Source: Trichoplax sp. H2
Lineage: Eukaryota
DNA length: 64,000 nt
Direction of reading: 5' to 3'
Assembly (NCBI GenBank): GCA_003344405.1
Contig: NOWV01000030.1
Coordinates: 434,001 to 498,000 of the forward strand
Position 1 is the stretch's first letter. Every line of letters starts with the position of its first letter. Under the pieces are notes generated by a model. It saw nothing but the letters and a program-made list of their open reading frames with translations, was not told where the DNA came from and did no database searches. The position numbers and the translations under genes were made by a program. This document shows, one piece after another, positions 43,343 through 58,169 of the stretch.

Positions 43343-44987
43343 CTTTGTTACTTTCAGCATAGCTTAACGTACAATGCACCTAGCCTAATTCTAATACGCA
43401 TTAGTAGTAATGCAGTAGTTATCATTTTTTTATTTTACAGTTAATAAATTATTTAAAAAATAGTCCTTTGATCGAAATAAATCATGAAATTGTCGCTATT
43501 CTAATTTTACTGATTTATTAATATAAATTTTTTCATGCGTGAGATAATCACCAAGTAATGTTTATTCGAAATAAGCGTTAATATTCTTTCAATTGCTAAT
43601 TTCTTTGACTGTGATTTGTCTTTTAGCACGTGAAGTAGTCCTAGTCCTGCTATCATAGACAGATGCAAGTATGTGTAATATTTCAGATTGAAATAGTTAC
43701 AGTACACCATCAATCACCACAGCAAAAATGCTACGAGGTGTTAGATGGTGCTTATGGTACTATACTATAGTATTCTGTAGTCTATATTTTTGTCTGTTGA
43801 CATATAAGCCTTAAAATTTCTCTTTGGCTTATATATTATATTCAATGATAGCCAGAAAGTTATGGTATGCCATTATACATTGGCTGTTAGTGCAATAGTA
43901 TATTTTACCGATTTATCAATATTAATGATCATTCAATAGCTTGCCAACAGATTTCGATACTGATGATTTTCTTTAAATTATCTTGAAATAGTAATTTCAA
44001 TTTTTTCTGTGTAATCGTAAATGTTACCGAATAATTCATTGATATGATGTTTAAGTAACATACGTATTTGCAGTGACTGATTAAAGTGCTGCTTTTCCGA
44101 TTTTGGTCATTGATCCTTGATTTATTCTTTAGCACACCCGAATCTATCCAATATTTCTATATAGTTGCCTTATAGACACCGTAAATACATTCCTAGTCCG
44201 TAAATTGCATCTTAAATTGATAACTATGTGATAGAGAAATTTGCATTAGGAAACGTATAATGATTTAAGAAACAGCTTCAAATTTTGGAAGAGCACACCG
44301 ATTGTTAATATTGAATACCCAAAACCTAAATACTACCAGTAGTAGTAGCATGTTATTGACGTATTTCGGTTAATTAACCAGTTCAGGTACTTGCATTCTG
44401 ATGCAGTATACTGCACTAGTAGTACTGTTAAACATGGCCTTAATATTTAACGTGCATTACATTAACTGACTCACGCACACCCAGCTGTGCATTGTCACTA
44501 TGTATAAACTTAGTAAACTGCTCGGTGGAGATACTCGGTAGTCTTTATGTACGTACAGTTCATGCGGTCGTTGGTTGACTCTTACCCCAAGTCCTAACTG
44601 CATACTATCGTCCAATTAAAATAAAAGAAATTAATAAGTAATTGAGTATTAACTTGGGAAATTTGATCCTGGCAATCAGCCGAATACCTTGTAGAAAAGG
44701 TTCCGTATACAGATTTTAGTTATCTGGTCGACTATGCTTACTGTGTTGCCGTTCTTCAAAAATTGAGGATACCCTTTCCAGGATCTGGCTGGGCATGATT
44801 CACTTCAGTTGAAGCACCATCTGCGCATGCGGTTTCGGGCGAAGAAAAAGTAAAATTCCTCAGCTTGTGTCAGTATGGTTACTATGGTATACCAGCAGAA
44901 GTAGAGGCATGCCTCAAACTTTAGTCCATTATCATAGTAGTGGTAAGAAACAATTTTTTTCAGTCTATAGCAACATATTGTACATTC

Positions 44988-45405
44988 TACAGTATACAGT
45001 ATCTTGAATTATGCGCTCTGTAACTGTACTGCATAAGTTAAATCAAGGCCAGACTACAGTACAGTACTGTACGGAGTACGGTAATGTGTTGTCTTGTACG
45101 GCCGTAAAGTCCCATGGACTACTTACAGTACTACATTAGTAGTTGTACAGTGTACAGTACATCTACCATTGTGGTTGGTACTGTACACTGTACAGTACAT
45201 ATGACCAGTGAGTGAGACCACCTGCCTGACGAATCAACTTACAGGCCCGCTGCGGTCTGATTTTCGTACCATGATTACCAGTCCGATAATTCCAATTCCC
45301 TTATACAGTACTGTACTGTACAGTACAGTACTGTAGTGACTACAGTACTGTACAATAGTACTGTACTGTACTGTACTGTACTGTACGTCCAGTACAGTAC
45401 TGTAC
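44988..45405. repeat. TACAG/TACTG pentamer arrays upstream of eIF5A
   Basis: For example 45304-45405 TACAGTACTGTACTGTACAGTACAGTACTGTAG...TACTGTACTGTACTGTACTGTACTGTAC. Ends about 70-90 bp before the putative first exon. Confidence 0.85.
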
Positions 45406-45419
45406 ATCCTCATCTCACT

Positions 45420-45496
45420 TATTACGCACGTGCAACAATCTTTCAGCACTGGGAGCGATTCTTCTGCGTAACCGGCCATTTTTTCCTTCGATTCAC
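45420..45496 (+). promoter_or_regulatory. Probable core promoter and short non-coding first exon of eIF5A
   Basis: E-box CACGTG at 45427; YY1-like GGCCATTTT overlapping a pyrimidine tract (CATTTTTTCCTTC); strong donor GTAAGT at 45497. The coding exon has an acceptor AG at 47875-47876, one base before the ATG, consistent with an upstream UTR exon. Confidence 0.55.
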
Positions 45497-47877
45497 GTAA
45501 GTTGAAGAGTTGAGAGATAGTTTTAAATCAGTTTTGTTATGCTGTCTTAGCATGATAGCTTGGAATCATCTTTGAATAAGAAATTGTGCTAATGATTTCG
45601 ACTACCTGTACATTTTGTAAAAGTACTTGTCACTTCTTCCGAGATTTGATTGATTTTGAAATCAAGTTAATTGGGGTACTCTAATCGGAGTTCACATGCT
45701 CCCAGTGGCTAGCAAATATTGTAGAACACCTCATCGTAACAGTCAATGCCATCAATGGAAATGTTGAATGTGGGATACGGATGGTTGCAGATTATACTAT
45801 GATATTGCGATGGGTGATTGAATGACCAGAAATAGGAGTTATCATTTCTCTATCCATAGAGGATGATCACTTTTTGTCTTCTACTACTTTCTTATAGTAT
45901 TCTCTACGATGGAAAGTATGACTAGGGTATAGAGTTCTAGCTTGAACACTTGCTTGAATTTATATTAGGATAGCAAATTGGGAATAGTAGTAGTGTAAAT
46001 ATATCTCCCATTGCTAACTAATGCAATCACTGCCAATTTCATAAATCGATTACAAGTAATTCTATCTTTTCGTATACTCTAAACCATGCCTACGCGCCAC
46101 TCTCGACAACAACTTACGGCATCTTTGGGGATTAGTGAAGGCCTTAAAAGGATGATCGTTGATATATTTTGAAAGGGTAATCATCTAAATTGGACATAGC
46201 ATGAATATCAGTACAGTAATACTACTTGGTTAGATATTCTACACTAATTATAATTATTGATGCTAACAACGGTACAAGCTTACTCCATCCGCGAAATAAT
46301 ATATTTCTGCCCATCGTCCATTGATCACACAACTCTGTCTAGTACTATACTTGTACGCAGTCCCTGCTGTACTGTACTGGCTAATGTATAGTAAGATCTC
46401 CTTGAAAAACCCAAAGCATAATTGTGAATACGGGGTGCAGTATGCTAAGTCTATAGTGATGTGAGTACTTTTAGAATAATTTACTGTTAACTTAATTCAC
46501 AGCAAGAAGTTGTCAAATTGTTTTCTCCATTTAAAGCACTACTGAACTTATTCTATCGTTATTATCATCAATGTGGCGCAATTTTCAGTAACCGCACTGT
46601 GCGATATTGCCCTTTGATCGTATTGAAAGCGTTATAGTTCATAATTATATTATAATACTCAGATGGAAGGATTCAATTTTTTATCCGCATCAGGTGAAGA
46701 CACAAGTCCCCCACCTTTAATACCATCATTATAATTTTAGGGTCTGATGTTTTCAATCTGGAAGTTATCATTATTGCTAGTAATGTGCGTTTTGGTTTGG
46801 TGGTGTGAAATATGACAGTGATTCAATAGTTGAAAATGTCAATTCTTTGCCTGGGCGCACTCTAACTTTTCTTCATCGATAGGGGATAGTAACTGAACGG
46901 TAGAGAAATTACTCTACTAAACTTTAAATTAAGATAGATATTATCACAGAATGGATACTGAGATTTTAGCTTAATTTGTTACAGTTATTAAAATAATAAT
47001 GATAGTTTTAAATTCCGATTTCGTTCTAATATTATACAACAATTATGATATATGACTGTGCCAGTATTTCCGAGCACGTATCTTGCGTTGCATCCTTAAA
47101 GGCGTTCGACTTGCAGCTTAACATTACGCGAATTTGACTTTGCAAATGATAAATAACATAAAGATTGCAAATTGCGAATAGGACTGAGATCATTAGATAC
47201 AAGAACCATGAAATAGGTGTTGATAGTTCAATTTTGAAAACGTTACTCAAATGAATGCTCCTTTGTTAGTAAAGCATAGCTCCAACTAAAGTTCGTCGGA
47301 TGTGCAACTATTTATTATTGTAAGATTTGATCTTGATGAAGATTTAGATAAATCTGTAATAACAATTCGATAGTAGCTTGCTAGTATACGTTGGCAAAGT
47401 TATTTAAATTATTGCAGCCTATATGAGAGAGCAGAGCGATTTATAAAATATTTATAGTCTTTATATATCAAATTATAACAGGGAATTTTATTGGAGATTT
47501 TAGCACCTGTTCACTTATACCCGTATAGTAATACTGTACAAAGGTATACATCTTAATTACTGTTGAAACCTTAGCTTGTTAAATATCAAATGGCTACAAC
47601 ACTCTAGTGAGGCAAAGTTGAGTGTAGCTAATTACCAACTTTAGCGTAGCCGGTGAAAATCTCTTGGAATTGCTTTAATTAAGAATACCGTAGTAACATA
47701 CAAAACGGCAATTATTTCACGGATTTTGAACAAAACTATAGTCGTTATATTAATTGATATTATATTTAAGTAAGTTTGTTGGTAATTTATTGATGAAAGT
47801 TTACCATTACTTGAGAACGTCTATTTAAATTTTTCTAAGTTTTGCGTATATTAAATTAATTATAGTAATAGATTAGA

Positions 47878-48426
47878 ATGCTTGAAGACGATTTCGAAGG
47901 AGGTGATGCAGGTGCATCGTCGACATATCCTGCGCAATGTTCGTCACTTCGTAAGAATGGCTTCGTTGTGTTGAAAAGTCGCCCTTGCAAGATCGTTGAA
48001 ATGTCGACGTCCAAAACTGGCAAACATGGCCATGCTAAAGTGCATCTTGTCGGTATTGACATCTTTAATCAGAAGAAATACGAGGATATCTGTCCTTCCA
48101 CGCATAACATGAACGTCCCTAATGTGAAGAGAAGAGACTTCCAAGTAAGTGTCATGAAACGCGTACAGCAATGAAATAGTTATGAATATAGCTTTCTCTA
48201 AACATAGCTTTCTACTTGACAATTTAAACAGCTTATCGGGATTACCGAAGATTACTTAAGCTTGATGGACGACGGTGGAGAAATTCGGGATGATCTACGC
48301 ATGCCTGAAGGGGATCTTGGAAAGGATATACAGACTCGTTATGATAATGATGAACCATCTCTGGTTACTATTTTATCTGCTATGGGAGAAGAGGCAGCAA
48401 TTGCTGTCAAAAATATGGCTAAATAG
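47878..48426 (+). CDS. EIF5A: Eukaryotic translation factor eIF5A, 2 coding exons, 153 aa
   Basis: Exons 47878-48144 and 48232-48426 (462 nt). Hypusine motif [48 protein letters not shown]-terminus [22 protein letters not shown] at 48760. Confidence 0.97.
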
Positions 48427-51400
48427 ATATCTAAATGTGTACTACCGTAAGCGTATGAAGTATACAGGTAGATTCTGTAACTTGCTACAAATGTAATTTA
48501 CAGTAGGGTACTAATCTTCTTATCATTCGATATACTTTAAATTTTGTTGGTTTAACGTGATTAGCATCATCTGTTTACCTTTAGCATAATTGTAATCGTT
48601 GGCACCATCGTCTTTGTAGCAATATGTTAATAATGGAGGAGTATGCTATCGCTGCAAATACTGCAGTTATCTATTACCCAAATTTCTGAATTAACAACAG
48701 TTAAGCAGCTATCGGCTACTTAGACCGCTGTAATTTGTCTAAGATTGCAAGAGAGTTGTAATAAAAATGTCTATTAGAACTTGCGTGAAGTATTTACTTG
48801 AAAATTGAATAGGTGATTTAAGTTATCTCACCGCATGCATTATAACTTATGCGGTTTGTTGCAGAAGTACATACTTTCGAAGGTGTAAGGCATGCTATTA
48901 GTATCGTCGATTGGATGATATGGAAAATTTGTACGTTTGTAGATAATGCTATAAATAAGCCTTTTCTAAAGATTTTAGGAGGGTTTATTACAAGCTAGCA
49001 GACAATATGCGTACATTGGAAGATCTTAGAGATTTTTGACCAGCTATTTATTAAGTAATGGCTCAGTCTGGTCGTGCATCTGCTTCTTCTTGTTAACTAT
49101 TTGGAAAAAGTTTAGATTGCTATATAATCATAATGTCATCGTTAATTTTTATGCTGCATAGCGGAGATATAGAGTGTAAAGTCTATAGATTCCCTAGTAT
49201 AGTCATTGTCGTAAAATATTAACGATTATCGTCCATTCAGGAATGTCAGCACATAGCTTTATATTGGTATTCAGAAAGTATAAAGTAAATTTCAGCGTAT
49301 TAGAGCCTGACTCTTGTTTAATTAAAAAAACTACCGTAAATTTATCTTTTGTAAATGCCCAACTTCATGATAACAAAAGCTACTGTTTTATTTGTTTAAT
49401 GTAACCAGGAAAAAACAGTTCCAAGGCAAGCTACTTCTGTAAATGCAGCGAATAAGATATTATCTATTAAAGCAATCGCATTACATACGAGCAATAGTGT
49501 TAAAGTTGATTTCAAGATATAACTATAATAGCTTACACATTTAAATATATATCTTAAGCTGAAACATGTTTACATTTTTGTGATGTGTGGGGATGAAAAA
49601 CGGAAGCACATTTTTGTGAGAACTCCAGCACTATCAAACTGTTCGTAGAATTACTTCTGCAGTCACAAATGCGAACTAATTATTTTGATATTGAATCTTT
49701 CGGAGCGGTGAATGTAGACATCGAAATTTGGAAGTTGATACAGTAGTAATTCTAGGATCAGTTATTCGTGTACCGTTGTTAACGTGATTATATTATTTAT
49801 TAAACTCTCATGCTTTGTTATCTACTTTATAATAGTAGCTAATTACACAGGCTATACAAAAATTCAGTTTACTGTATGCATGCTAGTGCAAAGCGATTTT
49901 TAGAATCAAACCTAATTCACTGTATAGACCCTTATATTTATGCTTATCGTATTCTTAAAACTTCCTTCAAAAATCGTGGTTAAAATAGAATTCAAGACTT
50001 CTTAAATAGAACGTTTATAATTATTAAAAATAGATAGATCAACGGTCGTAGATTAAAAATGAAATTTAGTCTGTCGTAGTACTCGTTTATGTGTACAGTA
50101 TTCCTTTTTTAGCCTTTACAACAATGTTTCAATCAGGAATGCTATATTATTAAAAAAATTTAATTCTCAATAAAATACCGTTTAACATTAGTGCACAATC
50201 TTCAAGTGCCCTGATATTTAAAATTATATTTTATTCCGCATTATGTTATTGCTGTAAATCGTTTCAATTAGCTAAACCTAAAATAGTGTAATATTCCACT
50301 ACAATTCGCTTTCGATTCAGTGAAAGTATTAGTTCTAGTAATGGCTGCCTGATGCTGTTCTACATGTAAGCATTTGAATATATAAGTGTAACGATTGCAA
50401 AGTTTAGATAGGGAAATCAGTGAAGTTGTGCTGTAGCAGAAAATATTATAAAATTTATGTTATGACTTCAGAAAGATACGAAACTTTAGAGGCAAAATTA
50501 AACACTCTTATTATTGAAGATATTTAATTGCTTTTTTCTAGTACAGTTCGCAGACTGTTATACAGTATTTATTCGGATGGAATGGATCACATCAGATAAA
50601 TTTACACCTTTGCTTTAAAGGAATGTAACAAGATATGATTATAGTATTAATATATGTTTAACAATAAGAGCGGAAGATATCGTTAATGTAAGCACATATT
50701 GCTAACAGTTCAGCGTTCTTAAAACTAAATTTTAACAAGTCTACACATGAATATATTATAGTTAAAGTCTAATTAATAGCAGGCTTATTTATAATAACTA
50801 GAAAGCTGATCGTGACGAAAACCCAATCCATTACAATAGCATCGAAAACTCCATTCTGTGACACCATAAATTACGTATGTTTTAATACGCTACTTCTTGA
50901 GTTATCTATATTACTGCCAGACATTACTCACTATAGCTCCTTAAAAATAGATTTACTACTTCAGCGATTGTTATCAATCGGGGATAGCTAATAGAAAGAT
51001 TCGGAAACACGATAATAAATTATCGTAGCTGTAATAGGTAATTTAATCCGTTTAATTGGTTAATTATTTATAATTATTCATTGATTGGGTACGGGTACCG
51101 ATTACTTTTAAGATATATCTTTGATTTTAAGCACTATGATGCAACCAAGATAAATTAGCTTTTAAAAAAAATATAAAACGCTGATAATTATAATCACTTG
51201 TTGATTCATTCTACTGAATGTAATACCACTATCTTGGTATTTGATCACATACATTTTAATACATCGTTCCGTATATTTACTTAAAAATAAGTCTACTACA
51301 GCAAGATAGAGCTTATAACCGAGTTTTGTGTAAGATGTAGATAATTTTAGCGGTAGCATATAGCAATCAATCAATTTGCAACGCAATTGAAATAACAGGT

Positions 51401-51655
51401 CATTCAAGTCATTTACCTGACCCAAATTTAAACTGTAATTTTAACAATTTCAGTGAATATTAGCTATTATACGATAATTTAAAACCTTAATTTATGTGAT
51501 GTTGGCTATTTTAAATTGTATGTTAATAGATGAAGGTTGTAAATTTCCCTTCATATTGAAATTACATTTAGTTGATGTACATTCTTGATGAAGATTCGTA
51601 GTAAACGTATAATGTTAAATTGATCCAATGTAGTAAAATACGTTTTTGACTGGCT

Positions 51656-51679
51656 GATTGATTGATTGATTGATTGATT
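51656..51679. repeat. (GATT)6 microsatellite
   Basis: Six perfect GATT units. Confidence 0.9.
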
Positions 51680-52351
51680 AATAATATTATCAGCAATATG
51701 CTTCGAATAACTGACGTCTAGCTAAACGAAAATTATAAATTAGATTAAGATTCATTATATAGAAAGTAACTACATAAAAATGTTGGTAATTAAGCATATC
51801 ATTAATTGAACAGAACAGAGATTTCCATGTCATTCTGGATAAGAACAAGTAATAGCAATACTAGTTAGTGATTTAATTATTCTGTAACTCACTAATTATA
51901 AAAGACCAATATCATTACTGCCCCTTCACTGCAGTATAATTATATTAAAATTTGTCTGGCTTTTAGATTGAAGTCTTTGAAATTGCAATTTCTCCATTTG
52001 TTTTAATAACATAATCGTGCTAATCTTTTTATGACGTCAGCTGTTATTGATTACGATTACTAACATAAAGTTTGATTCAACCTCGCCTATATTATAATGA
52101 AGAAAGATATATTATGTTGCAATATTGATTTAACATTAATTAATTTTTCCTCATGGTAACAGTGGCAATTGCATGTTTGTTATAAATTGGAATAATAATG
52201 ATAGCATTGTCTTATGTATTATTATTATCATTTGAAGCACCGATCAGTTTTGATTAGTCAAGTATTTAGTAGCCTGAGCATCTAATCTCTTTTTAAGTTA
52301 ACACTAAGCAGCTGAAAGGAGATCGACGTACCACGCTACCGCCATTGAGAG

Positions 52352-55300
52352 ATGGATAAATTTACCGAAAAGACGCCGCAAGGCAATATTCACAACGTCA
52401 AAGTAGAAGCCAATCCAAATTATAAACTTAAAAGACTTATCTACAGCCTTTTTGTTGTTGTCATTTTACTTGGACTAGTAGTTGCAGGTTTAGCAGTATT
52501 TGTGGTATTCAACTCTAAAGCTCATGTTCAAAACGACGTTTGCACCACTCAAAATTGCTATCAAGCAACCTCTGATATATTGGCGTATATCAACGAATCT
52601 GTTGATCCTTGTCATGATTTCTATTCGTATGCCTGCGGTAGATGGCTAGCAAATAATCCTATCCCTGTCGATCGCCCACGGCATGGAACTTTATATAAGA
52701 TTATTGACAAGAAGGAAATGATTTTGCGACGACTTCTCGAGCGTACAGCAGCTGCAGCAACCAATGATGGAGAACGAAAAGCAATCATGTATTTTAAGTC
52801 TTGCATGCAAGACATTTTTACACAAACAGAGAGCAGAAAAGATCTTATTGCAATGATACGACGATTGGGCGGATGGAATGTTATTCCAACATTAAAACCA
52901 GCCGATATGACAAATTGGGATTATAATTCTGTTATGGCACAACTTTCTGCAAAATATGACGTCGATACTTTATTTTCTATTTGGGTTGGCGTGGACTTAA
53001 GAAATTCGAATGTTACTATAATTGAGGTAAAGAATAATATTTTTGTTATGATATAAATTATTATGCTAAAACTATAATGTAGTATGAAGTGGGTATAAAT
53101 GCAACTGACTAACCATGAGATATTCATAAATTAGTAAACATCATTCTATGCTCAATTATATTGAAATCGTACGATTGATTATTTGGGTGTTTTCGTCAAT
53201 TATAAAGTATTAGCATTACTATATTATTAATAGTTGTCGTAAATATCAATTGTACTATAGAATGTAGCAATAAGCGAACATTTATGGGTAATCATATGAG
53301 ATCGCTTGATAATAGTACCTTACTTGTTCTGATTGTGGATCGAAAAAAATGTGAGCTCATCAAAATTTTTTGCGTACAACTGCTATAAAAATATCATTCA
53401 CTTAGTTTTATCGTCCAGCAACAATGAGTACCACTCAATTCTCCGATTGTAATGCATTTAATTCAGGTGAAGGCCTTTGAATTCTTGCTTGAATAGCACG
53501 ATAATCTAAGCAAAATATGAAATTTAAATTTATTCACCAAACCATGTCATTTACATGTTGTTTATTAGATTGGCATAAATATATTAATGAATTTATGATT
53601 AGAGGAGGATCTCAAAACTGTATATACGAAAGACATATGATTGAATTTTTTAAATATAATTTATGCATTCATATGTTCAAAGTCATTATAACGGTTTCTA
53701 TTAGCAAGCTGGTAAATTTCTAACCTATTTATATTGTCTAATTGAGATACAGATAGACGCCGTTTCTTCCGTTATTCATTCTGTTTATATCTTCAAAAAT
53801 TTTCGTTATGACGCAGTGGCATTTTTAAGTCTACAGCTTGGGACGATATCATAATATCAATAATTTCTCCATATGTTTATGACTACTCATATTATAATAT
53901 TATTATTAGTTGCCTTAATTAAGTTAAATAGGATCGTAATTCTTTCAATATTCAAAATGTAATGGAAATCGATACTGTACAGATGGAGTGAAATATACTG
54001 AACTAATACACTTTTCTATTTGTATGATTCATAAACCAGCACAAAGAAATATATGCTGTAAAAATGAAATGTACAGCAATCAATGAATTGGATTTAAAAT
54101 ATGTAAAATCTTCTTTCTATGTAGACATATGATGTTTAGGGCATTTGCTTGTAGTCAATATAAATTTATTAATATTCACTGTTTTATTCATAATACAAAA
54201 ACTAGTATAACATGTAATATGCTGAATCTATTAAATCGGAATTGCTACTAGACAGTAAAGGTAGTAAAGATAAATTAATTACTATTGCTAGACAGACCAC
54301 GTCTCCTACATAAATCAAATTTAGCATTTATACTTACAAAATTAATACTATAGTAATTATAATCAATTAATATTTAGTAACCTTAATGAATGATAAGCAC
54401 GAAGTAAAATATTTTTACACAATCGCATGTATGACTTTATATTTTCAGAGATTTTTGCAATTATACTATCTATCATGATTTACACAAATTAAATAGCTAT
54501 AAGACAGTACGGAAAAGCATCAACGGTAATTTTATTTAGTGAAAGAAACTGTACAGATTCTTTACAGCTATGTTAATTTCGGATTTAAATATATGGCATT
54601 TTAAGCTATTGGATGGAATGATGAATTGTACTTTACCTTTAGCTGCCATTAAACAATACAGTATTAAAATTATTACAATTAATTCAGTATCGGTGTATCT
54701 GGTACATTTATTTTAATCTTAACCAGTTCATCGAACGTTCGCAACTCTTGTATACTTTTATTCTTAGATGACGCAATCTGGACTAAGCTTGCCAAATATT
54801 GAATTCTACTTCAAACCGGACGCACAAGCGGTATGAACTATCTTACAAATTTCAAAACTGTATGCCTCTAAGATGCAGTACATAATAAACAATGTGTATT
54901 AATTGACGCATTATGGTAGTTCTAATTTCTATCTTTGACGTCTAGAATAATTGAATAGTTATTCCTATACCACTTAACTGTTATTCTAAATTATAGGCAG
55001 TACAAGCTCTAATAGAGTATATGACTGATATTGCAATGCATATGGGAGCTACGGATAGAAATAGAACCAGAGAGAAAATGACAGAAGTCTATCGCTTCGA
55101 GCAAAACGTTGCTAAGGTAAGAAATATGATAGCAAGTAATCCAGATAAAGAGAAGGATTAAATTTTCTATAATATGATCATAAACGTGATTGGAATAGAA
55201 AGAAAATGACTCTAAATACATTTTCTATTTTCCCTCTTTTCTGTATAGACACATATTCATAAGCTAAATAAAAGAAACGAAACATTGTTCTATAATAAAG

Positions 55301-58169
55301 TGAATTTAAGCGCTGTAGAAAATGTCTGCCCGGAGGTAAGCTTATAATTGAGATAAAATTTGATTTAGACTAGGTACGACATTCCATACGGGTTAAATTT
55401 CGGAATTCCTTTTAAATTTATTTCTTCGTAATTGCCACTAATGAGGTCAATTCTAACATTTAGTAATTCAAAGTACCTTCAAAATTCAATTTACTTTGCT
55501 TCGATTTAGTAGCATAAGGGTTTAGCATAGGCTTAAAATATTGCAGTAGATTAACAGAATACTTTGGTAATAGAACAGGATATGCACATATTAGTATCTC
55601 AATTTTAATGGAAAGCATATACAACTCATTAATATGATAGTCGTATCATACGGGTACTATCAGGCTTAATTTATTCCATGGCAGCAATGCATAAATTTTT
55701 AAAATTGTAATTTATTGCACTATACCAAACATAGAGCTAACGAACGATCATACTATTCTAGTTTCTATCATGTCATCAAAGACATACATAGATTGTTTCA
55801 GATCATAAAAATTGAGATGCTGTTTCAGTTATAATATACAATAATTGTCAAGTTAAAAGTTAAATTATAATTAGATCACTTAAGTGAACCATTTCAATTC
55901 TTCTGGATAAATTATGTACAAATTTTCAATTTTCATCATTAGTTTGAAATTTACTAAATTAGTCATCAGTGTTTACTAACTGTATATCATGGTTATCTAT
56001 GATAAGAATTTTTTCATATATATATTTTCACGTGCGAGTGTATGTAAACAACTTTAGCGGATGCTAGCTGGTTTTCGGTGTTGGCGGTGTGATTTAATAT
56101 TTCCATTTTGTTACTTCTGTAGATTGACTTCAATTCCTATTTGAAATTAATGTTTGGCCGAGTTATTCCTTACGACGAACCTGTTATAAATTATGCAATG
56201 AACTATTTTAAAAGAATGAACGACTTACTCACCAATACAACCAAAGAGTAAGCTCAATATATGCAATCTCTAGCTCCGACTAGTATTACTCAATTCGCCA
56301 TATATTTTATGAACTTTACTTGTATACCTGTGGTGTTTTTCATTTTAAAATACGCTTTCTAAGAATTTCTTTTTTACTGGATCAATTTCTACTCAGGACA
56401 TTAAATAATTATCTAATTTGGCATTTCGTGAAGACATTTGCACCAGCTGCAGACTCATACCTTCAAGCAGCTTTTAATAGATATAATCTAGCCATTGGTG
56501 GTAGACAAACAACAGGCTCACAGGGACTAATTTGTTCATCTAGGACCGATGCTGCCCTAGGCATGGCTGTCGGTGCTATGTTCGTAAAAGATTCCTTTCC
56601 AGGTCAAAGTCGTACAACGGTATTTAATAATTGCCTGATATGAAATATTTTATTACTATTAATCTATATAGATGTGTTTACATCACATTGTAAATAGTAA
56701 CGAACATTCGTATAGTTACTGGTTCAACTGTAATATCCATTAATTACTTGTTGTCATACACCACTAGGGACAAAGTAAGTCTACACACGCCAATGCTGAC
56801 GAAAAACGCCTCTTACTAACGTAAAGAGACGAGATTAGCTATATCACTTAACAGTTCAGCTTCTATGACCGAATACTATTGTATAGTTATATCGTCACTG
56901 ATAGTGTAGACGTTCTAAAGTTATAGAAATTAATATGAATATTGTTTATTAAAGACTTCATATAAGATAATTAAAAATTCCTGTTATCATTAACTAATAG
57001 TAAACTAATAAAGAGCTTAGCTCTTAGCACAAATGACAATTCAACACCTTAACAATATAATTAATTAAACGTAATCAATTATCAAGAACACTAGCAGTGC
57101 ATTATGATATTAATCGAAGACTAAGCAGGTTACATGAAGAAATGATAATTAATTAATAAAACGCCAATTCACACTAACAATATTTAATATTACTTAATAA
57201 TTACGACAAGCTTACGCATCATAACAATTGTATTTTAATGATTAGGCCATCAAAATGGTAGAAGATATTCGGAATGCATTCATTGCGGAGCTTCCCAACT
57301 TATTTTGGATGGATAATCAAACACGATCTGTAGCAGCAGATAAAGCAAGAGCTGTTATAGCACAAGTTGGTTATCCGGCATTTATTTTGAATGGCACCAG
57401 ATTGTCTAATTTCTACGCTAATTTCTCCGTTAATGATAGTTATTATTTTATTAATACTGTTCGTCGGAGAGCTTATGCTTTACAGCTTAATATAGCTCGT
57501 CTTGGCAAACCTTATGATAAAAAAGCATGGATAGCAACTCCATCAACAGTGAATGCATTTTACAGCCCACCAAGAAACCGTATCACCATTCCAGCTGGTA
57601 TCTTACAATCGCCAGTTTATAGTAATGACTACCTACGAGTGTTAAATTATGGTGCAATCGGATCTGCTATAGGCCATGAATTTACACATGGCTTCGATAA
57701 TATAGGCGGCCGTTACGATAAAGATGGTAACTTAAGACAGTGGTGGAGTGATAAAATATTAAAGAATTTCAACCAAAAATCTCAATGCCTAGTCAATCAA
57801 TATTCCAATTACACCTACTTTGGTTTAAATCTTCGGGGTTATGCAACTTTAAGTGAAAATATTGCTGATAATGGCGGTCTTGGACAATCATATCGAGCCT
57901 ACCAAAAGTACGTTAAAGCATACGGACCAGAGAAACAACTACCTGGTATTCCACTGACAAATGAGCAATTATTCTTTACTGCTTTTGCTCGCGTCTGGTG
58001 CACAGCAGATAAGGAATATTATGGTAAATATTATGTTTCGAGCAATGTCCACTCACCACCGAAATTTCGAGTTTTAGGAACACTTCGTAATTCTGTAGAA
58101 TTTGCGAATGCTTTCAAATGTCCCCTTGGATCACCTATGAATCCCGTAAAGAAATGTAAAGTATGGTAG
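52352..58169 (+). CDS. Neprilysin/endothelin-converting-enzyme-like M13 zinc metallopeptidase (type II membrane), 7 exons, 738 aa
   Basis: Exons 52352-53026, 54768-54830, 54997-55116, 55249-55335, 56123-56247, 56397-56619, 57246-58169; GT-AG, in frame (2217 nt). Signal-anchor TM, VDPCHDFYSYACGRW, VNAFY, HEFTHGFD, ENIADNGG, HSPPKFRV, C-terminal CKVW. Confidence 0.95.

Noticed and set aside
44580..44860. Possible divergent minus-strand exon near the eIF5A promoter (donor-like site near 44740, GCGCATGCG motif)
   Set aside because: Only an 18-codon frame with no supportable next exon.
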